Source: a virus
Lineage: Duplodnaviria > Heunggongvirae > Uroviricota > Caudoviricetes
Strand: one strand, 5' to 3'
Length of the DNA: 64,000 nt
Virus record (IMG/VR): IMGVR_UViG_3300036985_002287
Coordinates: 30,613 to 94,612 of that record
Positions 17,051 to 26,634 of this stretch are shown here, in pieces (position 1 is the first letter of the stretch; each line of letters begins with the position of its first letter). Both the position numbers and the translations under genes were made by a program. The notes under the pieces were generated by a model, which worked only from the letters and a program-made list of their open reading frames with translations, did no database searches and was not told the DNA's origin.

Positions 17051-17283
17051 TAATTAGGATCGTTGGTCTTACCTTCTTTACAATGTAGCCGACTAATTCT
17101 CTCTGCTGTTGCTGCTAGGCGAACAAAGAGTAATTCATACTTAGATAAGGATACAATATACCCTAATTTATTCTCTCGATCACTTTTCACAACCGATTCT
17201 ATCTTCATGTTCGCTCTACTAAGAAAGCTATGTAATTCTTTTTCCTGATCTTGTGTGATGTCTATTCTATATTTATTTCTCAT
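17035..17283 (-). CDS. hypothetical protein
   Basis: 82-aa ORF. Confidence 0.4.
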   Translation of the reverse strand: MRNKYRIDITQDQEKELHSFLSRANMKIESVVKSDRENKLGYIVSLSKYELLFVRLAATAERISRLHCKEGKTNDPNYESEI

Positions 17284-17633
17284 CGTAACTGGATTCCTTT
17301 TAGTTTTTCAGCCAGCACGTTAGGGTCCGATAAGTCTTCACTACCAGTATGTACTGTAATCTTAATCGTATGCTGATCATTTATTCGTTTTTCTTCTGCT
17401 AACTCTTCTTCAGTGCGTTCACGCCGAATCTTTACCGTCTTCATACCTAACCGGAATGTCAGTGCAGATTCCGCATCCATATCTATAATAGTCTGCCTAT
17501 TTGATGTCCGTAAATTTTCAGTGTCGACTGGATGAATTTCTTCTACCACACTGTATTCGTCGTCATCCAATCTTCCTAAGATTCTACGGAATTTAGTTTC
17601 TTCTTCTGCATCTATTGTAAATGTATATTTCAT
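17280..17633 (-). CDS. hypothetical protein
   Basis: 117-aa ORF. Confidence 0.45.
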   Translation of the reverse strand: MKYTFTIDAEEETKFRRILGRLDDDEYSVVEEIHPVDTENLRTSNRQTIIDMDAESALTFRLGMKTVKIRRERTEEELAEEKRINDQHTIKITVHTGSEDLSDPNVLAEKLKGIQLR

Positions 17634-17869
17634 GTTATTTCCTGTTCGTTATTAACTATGCCCATTATAGGACAAGACAATTTTAGTGCAACCAAGTCAT
17701 TCCTGGTTGCTTTTATCGAATACATTGCTGTCAGCATTCCTGATCCGGAGCCTTCATGCCCTGGTATAAGATCGTAAGATATTGCCTTATGAATTATATC
17801 ATTAGCAGTCAAATATTCCTCTAGCACTGTCGAGTCTTCAAATTTTATTCTAACAAATGATCCACTCAT
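17630..17869 (-). CDS. hypothetical protein
   Basis: 79-aa ORF. Confidence 0.4.
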   Translation of the reverse strand: MSGSFVRIKFEDSTVLEEYLTANDIIHKAISYDLIPGHEGSGSGMLTAMYSIKATRNDLVALKLSCPIMGIVNNEQEIT

Positions 17870-18084
17870 ACCATGTGATCCCTGAAGGTTCCTGCGGGGT
17901 ATTTTAATTTAAGAACTATTTCTAATTCCTCATCGTCAACACAGAATACAAATTGTGTAAGCGGTCCTACTCCTCTAGGATCTATCTCTATTTTTCTAAA
18001 TATAGGCACTCCTACCTCTTCTTTTAACCATTTTTCCTTCATCTGCGCTATTGACGAGATGCATGTATAAGACATAATTCGCAT
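17866..18084 (-). CDS. hypothetical protein
   Basis: 72-aa ORF. Confidence 0.4.
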   Translation of the reverse strand: MRIMSYTCISSIAQMKEKWLKEEVGVPIFRKIEIDPRGVGPLTQFVFCVDDEELEIVLKLKYPAGTFRDHMV

Positions 18085-18845
18085 TATACGCCCTTTATTA
18101 GTTGTAGCATATCGGGAATTCTAGTATGTGAATTCTTACTCCCTAACAATATATACATTCGTTTCCCTACATCAGAATTTAATATCATTACAAGACACCC
18201 TCCTGCTGGATTAGTAAATCCAGTTTTAGATAATTGTATATCAAACTGCGATGTTAGTGGATTCGTATTATGTAATTTAATCAATCTCTTATTTGTCCGT
18301 ATTTCGGCATTAGGCTGACCCGATATTTCACTAATTGTATTATTTAATGTAGCCACCATTAACAATTTCAATAAATCATGTGCTGTGCTAACATTGCCTT
18401 TATCTAATCCGGTGGGTTCTTGATATCGGGTGCTTGTCATTCCTAACTCTGCTGCCTTATCATTCATTTTCTCTACACAAGATGGCAAGTTGATACATAA
18501 TATTTGTGCTGCGAAATTATCCGATCTAACAAGTGCTAGTGTCAATAATTCACGTCTAGATAGATTATGTGTTGTCCTCGGTATGCTACTTTGTACTTGA
18601 CGCTTATTGGGTATAGATAAAGCTTCGGTCAAGTCTTGTTCGGACGAAAGAAGCGCAACCATTAATTTACTGATACTTGCTATAGGGCGTATTGTATCGC
18701 CGTCTTGTTCTTTCAGTATTGTGCCATCCTCTGTAGCCACAATATAACTTTTCGAACTAAAGGGTATTACTCGATGATTGCCTTTGGCCGCAGCATTACT
18801 TATGAGAAGAGCAGATGCACATATAGCTAGAATAAGAGTCTTCAT
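18084..18845 (-). CDS. secreted D-alanyl-D-alanine carboxypeptidase/endopeptidase (peptidase S11, PBP5/PBP7-like)
   Basis: Signal peptide; SxxK (SISK), SxN (SDN) and KTG (KTGFT) active-site triad of serine DD-peptidases. Confidence 0.7.
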   Translation of the reverse strand: MKTLILAICASALLISNAAAKGNHRVIPFSSKSYIVATEDGTILKEQDGDTIRPIASISKLMVALLSSEQDLTEALSIPNKRQVQSSIPRTTHNLSRRELLTLALVRSDNFAAQILCINLPSCVEKMNDKAAELGMTSTRYQEPTGLDKGNVSTAHDLLKLLMVATLNNTISEISGQPNAEIRTNKRLIKLHNTNPLTSQFDIQLSKTGFTNPAGGCLVMILNSDVGKRMYILLGSKNSHTRIPDMLQLIKGV

Positions 18846-18876
18846 CTCTTTATTATACTACATATATTATTTAATG

Positions 18877-19260
18877 TCAACCTGTGTTCAGGCCTACTGC
18901 CGGTGCCGTCCATAATGGACCTACAGAGGTTGGGCCGTATGTTACGACAGGGAAAGATATTGTACTACCATCATTTATTTGGAAACTAATGCGGCCACCG
19001 CGATCAGTAATATCTAAAAGGTTATCTGTTACCTTAACCATACAGGTGCCTATCGTATCATCTACAGGAATGAATTGTCGAGTTTCGAATATTACGCTTG
19101 CTCGATTTTCGGGATACCAATTAAAGGAGATAATGTTACTTAGTTCCGATCCTACGACCTTAAAGTAACTGGGAACTCCACTTGTTATAACTATCGCTAC
19201 TAGGCCGGAACCTGCAAATGGGCTGGTCGGTAATGCTTGAACTTCGTCTATGGTTGTCAT
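18877..19260 (-). CDS. hypothetical protein
   Basis: 127-aa ORF. Confidence 0.45.
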   Translation of the reverse strand: MTTIDEVQALPTSPFAGSGLVAIVITSGVPSYFKVVGSELSNIISFNWYPENRASVIFETRQFIPVDDTIGTCMVKVTDNLLDITDRGGRISFQINDGSTISFPVVTYGPTSVGPLWTAPAVGLNTG

Positions 19261-19272
19261 CCACTATTTATC

Positions 19273-19530
19273 TTATCGCCGATACTTATTTTTAAGGTCG
19301 TCAGAAATATAGGATATTCGCATATGCTCTGCAAAATATGAATCGCGTAATTTTATAACAGATGCATATGAAGAATTGATTTTACCCCACACTGTGGCCT
19401 GCCCGCTTTCTACATCAGTAAAAAGATGTACAATTTCAAACTCATCCTTATCTAATGCATGAACTTTTTCTAGTAAAATAGACCCGCCGTCTACATCAGA
19501 CAAGAATTCTACCAATATCAGTTCGTTCAT
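19273..19530 (-). CDS. hypothetical protein
   Basis: 85-aa ORF. Confidence 0.4.
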   Translation of the reverse strand: MNELILVEFLSDVDGGSILLEKVHALDKDEFEIVHLFTDVESGQATVWGKINSSYASVIKLRDSYFAEHMRISYISDDLKNKYRR

Positions 19531-19829
19531 ACGCTAATTGATTTTTTAAATATAATACGAAGCAGAGATGGTTTTAATTTAGTGCATAGTGGTTTATACA
19601 CTTCGCCTTCTATCACAAATTCTTGAACATCTAGTTCTTTTATAGCATTGATACAGGATAGTTCTTTATTAAGATGAACGTCAAGATATATTGTATCGTC
19701 AGTTGTCTTTATGACTATTTCGTCTATCGATTGCCTGTTGGTTTCGATTATGGAACGTTCGTTAACAAGCCCATTTACTGATAGAATAGACAGCACTAGA
19801 ATAATTACAATTAAATATTTCACCGACAT
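19527..19829 (-). CDS. hypothetical secreted protein
   Basis: 100 aa with N-terminal signal-like hydrophobic segment. Confidence 0.4.
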   Translation of the reverse strand: MSVKYLIVIILVLSILSVNGLVNERSIIETNRQSIDEIVIKTTDDTIYLDVHLNKELSCINAIKELDVQEFVIEGEVYKPLCTKLKPSLLRIIFKKSISV

Positions 19830-19915
19830 TCCTTGATATTGAACATATTATAGTATATAATATTATTTTAATCAACAGAAGTAAGATAAATAAGTACATA
19901 CTTAACGGAATTCAG

Positions 19916-21055
19916 ATGAGACAGAATGTTTATATAATTTACGATAAGCAGACAGAATATGTTTGTGACAAGATTTGCAAGAAGTTAGATGTAGATGGAA
20001 AATTCATGTCTGAAAATTCCGAATTAACAACCGAAATTTTAGTATCGATAGCAAAGAATTGTAGCAGTAGATACTTCTATATTATTAAAACAGATAAAGA
20101 AATTATATTCGATAAATTTGATTTTTCATATATACCTAAGGTCGTAAAATGGGACAGAAATTATATTCATGTATGGAATAATGATACATCTGTGAGATTA
20201 TATGACTCTGTCGAAGTATTAGACGAACCCGAAATATTTAACGACACTGCACTAAAGAATGGTACAATTAAGATTAAAAATATTGCCGATAAGATATACA
20301 CATATCCGTATTTTGATATAATATTTTTAAGCTACGACGAAGAATATAGCGATGCAAACTATAAGAAATTATTAGATAGATTTCCTAAGGCAAAAAGATT
20401 ACACGGAGTAAAAGGTATCTTGAAGGCTCATAAGATGGCGGCCCGTCTGGCAGAGACCGATATGTTTTATATTATTGATGCCGATGCTGAAATCGTATCT
20501 ACATTTGATTTTTCATACCAACCACAGTCACTCGAAAGGCAATCTGTTCATGTCTGGTACTCGCATAATCCAGTTAATGATTTGGAATATGGGTATGGTG
20601 GCGTAAAATTATTTCCCACACTTGGATTAATAAGATATATAGGTTCTCCCGTAGACTTTACTACCACCGTATCTAAGAGTCTTGTTGTAAAAGAGGAAGT
20701 TAGCAATATCACCCGATTTAACACAGATCCTTTTTCAGCCTGGAGAAGTGGTTTTAGAGAGTGTGTGAAATTAGCATCTAAGATAATACCTAATCATAAT
20801 AATGAAGAAACGGAATACAGATTAAATGAGTGGTGTACTAAGGGAGCAGATAGAGAATTTGGAGAATTTACTATTAAGGGTGCAGTCGAAGGTGCTGTAT
20901 ATGGTAAAATGTTTAGCACTCGCCCTGAACGGCTCTCGATGATAAATGATTTTGCATGGTTAGAAGATAGATTTAGTAGAAATATTAAAATTGTTAAATG
21001 GGATTGGTCCCGTAAAACAAACAAAACATTGACAAAAGACTGTTCCGATTCTTAA
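19916..21055 (+). CDS. hypothetical protein, the only large plus-strand gene; AT-rich; possible nucleotide-sugar-transferase-like fold (DAD motif)
   Basis: 379-aa ORF on the opposite strand to all neighbours with lower GC and K/N/I/Y-rich composition; YIIDADAEIV resembles a GT-A DxD motif (weak). Confidence 0.5.
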   Translation: MRQNVYIIYDKQTEYVCDKICKKLDVDGKFMSENSELTTEILVSIAKNCSSRYFYIIKTDKEIIFDKFDFSYIPKVVKWDRNYIHVWNNDTSVRLYDSVEVLDEPEIFNDTALKNGTIKIKNIADKIYTYPYFDIIFLSYDEEYSDANYKKLLDRFPKAKRLHGVKGILKAHKMAARLAETDMFYIIDADAEIVSTFDFSYQPQSLERQSVHVWYSHNPVNDLEYGYGGVKLFPTLGLIRYIGSPVDFTTTVSKSLVVKEEVSNITRFNTDPFSAWRSGFRECVKLASKIIPNHNNEETEYRLNEWCTKGADREFGEFTIKGAVEGAVYGKMFSTRPERLSMINDFAWLEDRFSRNIKIVKWDWSRKTNKTLTKDCSDS

Positions 21056-21387
21056 CAGTAACTACCTAAGTATCTTTCTACTGTATTATTGATATCGTCT
21101 TCTAACTTATCAGCCTTTATAAAGATTTCTATATCTTTCATTTGTTTAAAGGGATGATCTAGCATATTACATAATGCAGATTTATCTATTAGGACAGGAT
21201 TAAGTAAGTCATCACCTGTCAATTCTACTATATTACCATCTGTATAGAGTACAAGAATCTGATCTATATATTCTAATGGAATTTCTTTAGCATCTATCTC
21301 CCTGACTATACGATCGAATACAGATGGTTTACTTGTTCTACTAATAGCCTTATTAATACTAAAGCTTGTCACTGTTTTCTTTGCCAT
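21052..21387 (-). CDS. hypothetical protein
   Basis: 111-aa ORF; tatttata element about 17 nt upstream of the start. Confidence 0.45.
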   Translation of the reverse strand: MAKKTVTSFSINKAISRTSKPSVFDRIVREIDAKEIPLEYIDQILVLYTDGNIVELTGDDLLNPVLIDKSALCNMLDHPFKQMKDIEIFIKADKLEDDINNTVERYLGSYC

Positions 21388-21460
21388 ATTATCTCCCGTA
21401 TAGTATATTTATACAAAAATAGGTCGAATGATCGACCTATTACTCGATGGGATAATATTA

Positions 21461-22186
21461 TTATCTAGCAGCATCTCTCTTTAATTTTGCCGCAACTTTG
21501 GTGCTAATTGCAGAATCCACCTTATCTACTTTGGCCGCTGCTGCTTTAGCTCTGTCACGTTCTCTACGCTTAACCTTTTGTTCTTCTAGCTTTACGGCCT
21601 TTACATCCACCGGTAAAGCTGGTCTTCCTTTACCTGGTCTTGAGCTGGGATCTAATGCGTAAGCCTCCTCGCGCTTTGCTGCTGCATCTTTCTCTAGTAA
21701 CTCTGCTTGAAGAAGTAATCCTTTAGCAATTGCCGATGTATCTATACCTGGAACTGCCGGTATTGTAGGAAGTACAACTGGCTCAACTACTTGCTGACCT
21801 GCTTGTTTAGCCTTATATTCGTCAACCTTCTTATCGATAGTTGCATTAATAAGTGCTAAAGGGACCATGTGTCCTGGTAAAGGAATCATTGTGATATTAG
21901 ATACAGGCTCCTTCCTTAAGAATCCACGTTGATGCAATGCAGTTAAACAATTCTGCCCGTCTGGGAATGTTCTTCGATTCAGAACTTCATAGAATTCATT
22001 TGTTTCGGCTGCTTCTTTGCTGTTAGCACATTGTATCATGTAATCATGATAACTATCCGGGATACGCTCTGTTTCAACAATTAAGCAATTTGTTTCGTCG
22101 TTTGGTAGTTTTCTAAATACAACTGCAACTCGTACACCTGTATTATTTAATGTTCCTACATGCTTTTTTAAATTTTCGATAGCCAT
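21461..22186 (-). CDS. hypothetical protein with Lys/Ala/Arg-rich C-terminal tail
   Basis: 241 aa; C-terminal KVKRRERDRAKAAAAKVDK... suggests nucleic-acid binding. Confidence 0.45.
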   Translation of the reverse strand: MAIENLKKHVGTLNNTGVRVAVVFRKLPNDETNCLIVETERIPDSYHDYMIQCANSKEAAETNEFYEVLNRRTFPDGQNCLTALHQRGFLRKEPVSNITMIPLPGHMVPLALINATIDKKVDEYKAKQAGQQVVEPVVLPTIPAVPGIDTSAIAKGLLLQAELLEKDAAAKREEAYALDPSSRPGKGRPALPVDVKAVKLEEQKVKRRERDRAKAAAAKVDKVDSAISTKVAAKLKRDAAR

Positions 22187-22195
22187 ATTATCTCC

Positions 22196-22471
22196 TTATT
22201 GAGCCTTCGGCTCTTTTTTCTTTTCTTCGTTCTCTACCCAGGCAAGAAAGCCTGTGAGCTTGTTAAATGCTGTACCTACATCAGCCAACTCAACCGCCTG
22301 AAATGCTCCCCTTCGAGATGCCAAATCAATAATTCGGGCAAGTAGTTGAAGGTCGTTTACTGTTAGCTGCACCGGCTGCGGCTCTTTTTCGGGTAATTGT
22401 AATGAATCATCGGGTAATCCCGACAGTGTTTTTTGTGATAATTTATCAGCATTTACCATTATTGTCTCCAT
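22196..22471 (-). CDS. hypothetical protein
   Basis: 91-aa ORF. Confidence 0.4.
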   Translation of the reverse strand: METIMVNADKLSQKTLSGLPDDSLQLPEKEPQPVQLTVNDLQLLARIIDLASRRGAFQAVELADVGTAFNKLTGFLAWVENEEKKKEPKAQ

Positions 22472-22554
22472 AAAATTAAATACATACTATTCTATATGTA
22501 TTTTATTTATCTCTTCGTGGAGGAAAATGGTATTTTATTGGACGAAAAGTCAAT

Positions 22555-22579
22555 AAAAAGGACCCGAAGGTCCCTTTTT
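22555..22579 (-). terminator. rho-independent terminator (aaaaaGGACCCgaagGGUCCcttttt)
   Basis: Perfect 6-bp GC stem, GAAG loop, flanking A and T runs; just downstream of the HNH gene stop. Confidence 0.6.
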
Positions 22580-23165
22580 AAGTGGCATGCCCAGTTGGCT
22601 GTGGCAGAACAGTTACTAAGTGATCCGGCCAATCCACATAAAACTTCCATTCTTCATCTCTAATATGCAAGGGCAAAGTTTTGCGCTTTGCAAGAATTTC
22701 GTAGTATGTGGGTTTAACAGGCTTCTTTTTTGGCACAATAGTATGATCATCACCCTTATCGCTATTACACGCCTTGCAGGATGTACATACATTGTTCCAA
22801 ACAGTCTTACCACCATGCGAACGCGGAATAACATGGTCGAGTGTTAAGTCGACAAACTTTACCTTACCTGCACGATCCCTGCACCTGCTTGTTGTCTGTA
22901 ACTGGCAGGTAAAATCGTCTCGCAGATACACATTGGCGCGGCTGTACTTCAATGTCTTAGCCCACTTAACCTGTTCTGTCATGATAATGATAGAAGGGAT
23001 AGCCATATCTAAATATTGCGATCTGGCAGTCCAGCTATCGTATGACTTCAATACCTTCACTTTATCAGTGAAAACTAATCTCATAGCGACTTGCCAGCTC
23101 ACAACAGAGAGCGGGATAAGCGATAAGGGCATGCCATTGGCATTTAAAAGTAAGGTATCCGACAT
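22578..23165 (-). CDS. HNH endonuclease
   Basis: LDHVIPRSHGG...N....C..CN..K HNH motif with CxxC pairs. Confidence 0.7.
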   Translation of the reverse strand: MSDTLLLNANGMPLSLIPLSVVSWQVAMRLVFTDKVKVLKSYDSWTARSQYLDMAIPSIIIMTEQVKWAKTLKYSRANVYLRDDFTCQLQTTSRCRDRAGKVKFVDLTLDHVIPRSHGGKTVWNNVCTSCKACNSDKGDDHTIVPKKKPVKPTYYEILAKRKTLPLHIRDEEWKFYVDWPDHLVTVLPQPTGHAT

Positions 23166-23240
23166 ATTATTCTTAATTTAAAGGATCATTGTGATCCAAT
23201 AGTACATTATACCGCAGTATAACGTAATTGTCAACTCGTC

Positions 23241-23501
23241 TTAAGCAACAAATTCGACATAGTGTTGTAGTTCGGATGGGACACCTTTTAATCTAAGTGC
23301 TACAGCATCTTCTCTTCTATCAAAATCCACTATATATGTTTCTTCGACAATGCGCGGAGTCACAGTTGTTCTTTCGAGTCTGTAACTAACTTCATTATTA
23401 CAAGAATCGTCTATCCAAGCTTTAAAGAAAATATCTAAAAGAGGATGTTTATTTAAAGATTCAGGATTTTTAAGCTTGAATAATAATGAGGTCGAGGACA
23501 T
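23241..23501 (-). CDS. hypothetical protein
   Basis: 86-aa ORF. Confidence 0.4.
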   Translation of the reverse strand: MSSTSLLFKLKNPESLNKHPLLDIFFKAWIDDSCNNEVSYRLERTTVTPRIVEETYIVDFDRREDAVALRLKGVPSELQHYVEFVA

Positions 23502-23544
23502 TAAAAGTATTTATCTATACTTTTAATGTTTGATGAAATTACTG

Positions 23545-23835
23545 TTACAGTACGGGTGTTTTCAGAGGAGTTTTTGTTCCGACGGGACAAAACGTCTCAT
23601 CAACCAATACAAAGATAGGCACAATGATTGTTTCTGAAAATACAATTGCCAAGAATGTATTCCATACACTTAGTTTATAAACAAGTTCTGGATTCTTATC
23701 ATCGGCAATACCAACACAGTGACCAAACTGAGTGGTAGATGTGCAGCCAGAAAGCATAGCGGCTGCTAAGATAATAGCAATAAGTTTTTTCATTTCATTT
23801 TTTCCTGTTTTGCGGTGAATGGCTATCTGCCTCAT
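23545..23835 (-). CDS. putative lipoprotein
   Basis: Signal peptide ending LSGC (lipobox-like), 96 aa. Confidence 0.45.
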   Translation of the reverse strand: MRQIAIHRKTGKNEMKKLIAIILAAAMLSGCTSTTQFGHCVGIADDKNPELVYKLSVWNTFLAIVFSETIIVPIFVLVDETFCPVGTKTPLKTPVL

Positions 23836-24997
23836 ACCAAGCTGTCATACCGAACGGCGCAACCAATTTGCGACCGGGGTCTCCGTGAATAAGAAAGAGT
23901 GTATCACAGTAATCCGGGTCTCCCCAGGATCCGCATGGATATCCATCGGTCATCATAATGAATCTTTCAGGACAAATACCTTTCTCCTTCATGAATTTCC
24001 AATTACACATGAAGTCAGTCCCGCCTCCGCCCTTTATATCATACTGGTCGATATCGTCGAGCGTATCTGGCGTAAACTTTTGATAGTTATAAACCTTTGT
24101 ATCAAAAGTCCAAACTTCTAACTCAAAGTCCATGAACTGTTGCATAATACCTTTTGTTTCGGTTAGTAAATCACGCAGCATATCGTCACTCATAGAGCCG
24201 GAAGCGTCTACGCCTACAGCCGCTTTAACTTTGAAATCGTTCTTTGTAGCAGGCAGATATATGCCGCTTGCTTGCATCTTACGCGAGCAACGATCCCAGG
24301 TAAAATCTGCCTTTACCATAGACTGCAATTTCATATTAAGCACCTCTCTCCAATCCATCTGTGGCTCAACAAGATCCTTCAACAGGCGCCGAACACCTGC
24401 CGGTGTATGTCCGGCGCCTGCAGCCTTAGCCGCTTGCATAACAGCATTGCGAATTTCATCTGACAGAACACGTTGTTCTTCTTCTGTCATCGGCTCACCT
24501 TTGCCATCACCTGGTTCCAAGTGAATATCGAACTCGGGCCAATTGGAGTTAGGATCCTTAAGAAGCAGTTCATACACTTCTTCTGTACACATTCCTTTGT
24601 ACTTTTTATCGAAACATGCAGTTACCCCGGATGTTTTTGGATTAGGTAAAACACCGATGTGATGTTCGTCCAACTCGCAATTAATGACATAGTCAGCAGC
24701 AGCATTCCACATCTTTGGTTTGCGGCTACCTCGTCTGTCCATGTGGTCATATACGCAGTGTTCTACTTCGTGTCCTACCAGGAAGATGCACTCGGGTCGA
24801 TCGAGCTTGCTAATGAAGTCTCTGTTGTAATAGAAGTATCTACCGTCCGTCGCCGCGGTTTTACACCAAGGATCGTCTGTAGCATCCCTCAGAATCAGTC
24901 GTGTTGCAAGTGTTCCCCAAAATGGTTGTTGGAGAAGTAATGAGATTCGAGCCCTTGTCAATTGCTCCAATACTGCTTCGGCACTATTGTTAATCAT
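23795..24997 (-). CDS. VWA-domain protein with N-terminal zincin-like (HExxH) domain; partner of the MoxR ATPase (CobT/DUF2201-like)
   Basis: HEVEHC HExxH motif at the N-terminus; MIDAS motif DASGSM in the C-terminal VWA-like domain; immediately downstream of the MoxR-type AAA+ gene. Confidence 0.65.
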   Translation of the reverse strand: MINNSAEAVLEQLTRARISLLLQQPFWGTLATRLILRDATDDPWCKTAATDGRYFYYNRDFISKLDRPECIFLVGHEVEHCVYDHMDRRGSRKPKMWNAAADYVINCELDEHHIGVLPNPKTSGVTACFDKKYKGMCTEEVYELLLKDPNSNWPEFDIHLEPGDGKGEPMTEEEQRVLSDEIRNAVMQAAKAAGAGHTPAGVRRLLKDLVEPQMDWREVLNMKLQSMVKADFTWDRCSRKMQASGIYLPATKNDFKVKAAVGVDASGSMSDDMLRDLLTETKGIMQQFMDFELEVWTFDTKVYNYQKFTPDTLDDIDQYDIKGGGGTDFMCNWKFMKEKGICPERFIMMTDGYPCGSWGDPDYCDTLFLIHGDPGRKLVAPFGMTAWYEADSHSPQNRKK

Positions 24998-25048
24998 TTA
25001 ATTCCTTTGTTGTATGTATTATACATTTATACAGTTAAACAGTCAAGT

Positions 25049-25074
25049 GGAAAAGGCCCTTGCGGGCCTTTTTT
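25049..25074 (-). terminator. rho-independent terminator (aaaaGGCCCttgcGGGCCtttttt)
   Basis: GC hairpin with a T-run immediately after the MoxR gene stop. Confidence 0.6.
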
Positions 25075-26167
25075 AATCTTCCAGGATGTATTTACCGTAT
25101 TTTTCTTGGAATGTCTTGAACGTCTTCAGTTGCCGGTGACGAATAGGCAGGTTGTAATCACGTAGTGCAGTCTTAGCACCGAGCACAATCATTTCTGTCT
25201 GGAAATTGCTCATCATGTATGCAAAGAAGTGATCGATGCACTCATGCCATGTGTCCATATTGAACCCGTCTTCTTTTGCATTAGCCTTCGCAACCCATTC
25301 GTTCAGTGTGTAACACATAGAAATAGTCAGCGAATACATTGCGCTCAAGTCCTTAACATTAAGGGACTTTTCCTTACCCATCAGCACATCTTCCGACTTA
25401 GGCATGCGAGCCGAAATCTTTCTATGAGCACTAAACTCTGTTGCCAAGCCATCACCGACAGTGCCAGCAACCAGCGCCGTATTCATCGACTCAGGAATAT
25501 CATCGCTAATCAGTTGCGAAACGAATACCCAAGTACGCGGGGTAGCGAATGCCTTGTCCGGGCTCTTGCTGTCGAAGTTAAACAATTTTTGTTTGTGATG
25601 CGACAAGAAACCTACCACGTCTGGATGGATGCGGTTAGCGATTGCCCATTTTTGCCAATCTTCAAAGTTGGCCGCCATTTCCATGTGAACCAAACGATTA
25701 GCCAACGGACTTGGCATACGATATGTCACACCCTTGTCGCTATCCCTATTCCCTGCACAGACGATAGATACACCTTTTGGCAAGTGATATTCGCCGACGC
25801 GCCGATTAAGAATAAGCTGATATGCAGCAGCTTGAACGCTGGGCGGTGCAGCATTGATTTCGTCCAAGAAGAGAATGGCATTTGCCATATATGTGTCGGT
25901 AGGCAAGTCAGCAGGCTGTGCCCACTTCATTGTCTTTGACTCGGGATCGAAGTACGGAATACCTTTAATATCGGTAGGTTCCAATAACAGCAGACGCATA
26001 TCAATCACAGGGCGACCAGTTTCTTCACCGATCTCTGCAATCAATTCAGATTTACCAATACCAGGCGGTCCCCAAATCATTGCAGGACGACCTACCTTCA
26101 TACAACGAGTAAGAAGGGTGCGTACATCACGTGGACGTTCGACGCGGGAGGTATCAAGTGTAGCCAT
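25073..26167 (-). CDS. MoxR-family AAA+ ATPase (CobS-like)
   Basis: Walker A GPPGIGKS, AAA_5-like layout, Walker B ILFLDEINAAP; paired with a VWA protein. Confidence 0.8.
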   Translation of the reverse strand: MATLDTSRVERPRDVRTLLTRCMKVGRPAMIWGPPGIGKSELIAEIGEETGRPVIDMRLLLLEPTDIKGIPYFDPESKTMKWAQPADLPTDTYMANAILFLDEINAAPPSVQAAAYQLILNRRVGEYHLPKGVSIVCAGNRDSDKGVTYRMPSPLANRLVHMEMAANFEDWQKWAIANRIHPDVVGFLSHHKQKLFNFDSKSPDKAFATPRTWVFVSQLISDDIPESMNTALVAGTVGDGLATEFSAHRKISARMPKSEDVLMGKEKSLNVKDLSAMYSLTISMCYTLNEWVAKANAKEDGFNMDTWHECIDHFFAYMMSNFQTEMIVLGAKTALRDYNLPIRHRQLKTFKTFQEKYGKYILED

Positions 26168-26240
26168 TTAAATTATTCTCCAAGGGTTAAAAAGTTGCTA
26201 TCTGTATATTATACGTTTATTGGCAGTATGTGTCAATTGG

Positions 26241-26570
26241 CTACTTTACGTGGCCTGCTAACAATTCCATAATCAATTTGCCTTCCATGTCTTCTTTGAA
26301 GGTTGGCCAAATTTGGTAGAGTCTATCTTCAGTGATAGGCACATAGCCTTTCTTGCGTTTGGAATTAACGAGCTTGTCCAACTCATACCCGGTGACGTCG
26401 GCCTTAAACTGCATAGCTTTGCCACGCGCTGCCCAAAATTTAGCACAATTCCAGCCGACACGCTTGGTCGCCCACTTGCGGGCATTGGGCGTCGGACGGT
26501 ACAAATATCCCCAGATTTTGTCATGATTATCTTCATTGCACCAGCCAATCCAGCCAAATTCAGCAGCCAT
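26241..26570 (-). CDS. hypothetical protein
   Basis: 109-aa ORF between the macro-domain gene and the MoxR gene. Confidence 0.4.
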   Translation of the reverse strand: MAAEFGWIGWCNEDNHDKIWGYLYRPTPNARKWATKRVGWNCAKFWAARGKAMQFKADVTGYELDKLVNSKRKKGYVPITEDRLYQIWPTFKEDMEGKLIMELLAGHVK

Positions 26571-26634
26571 ATTGCACTCCTATCTATTGTATGCCTTAAT
26601 TATAGCACTAATAGTGGAACCTGTCAACAGGATA

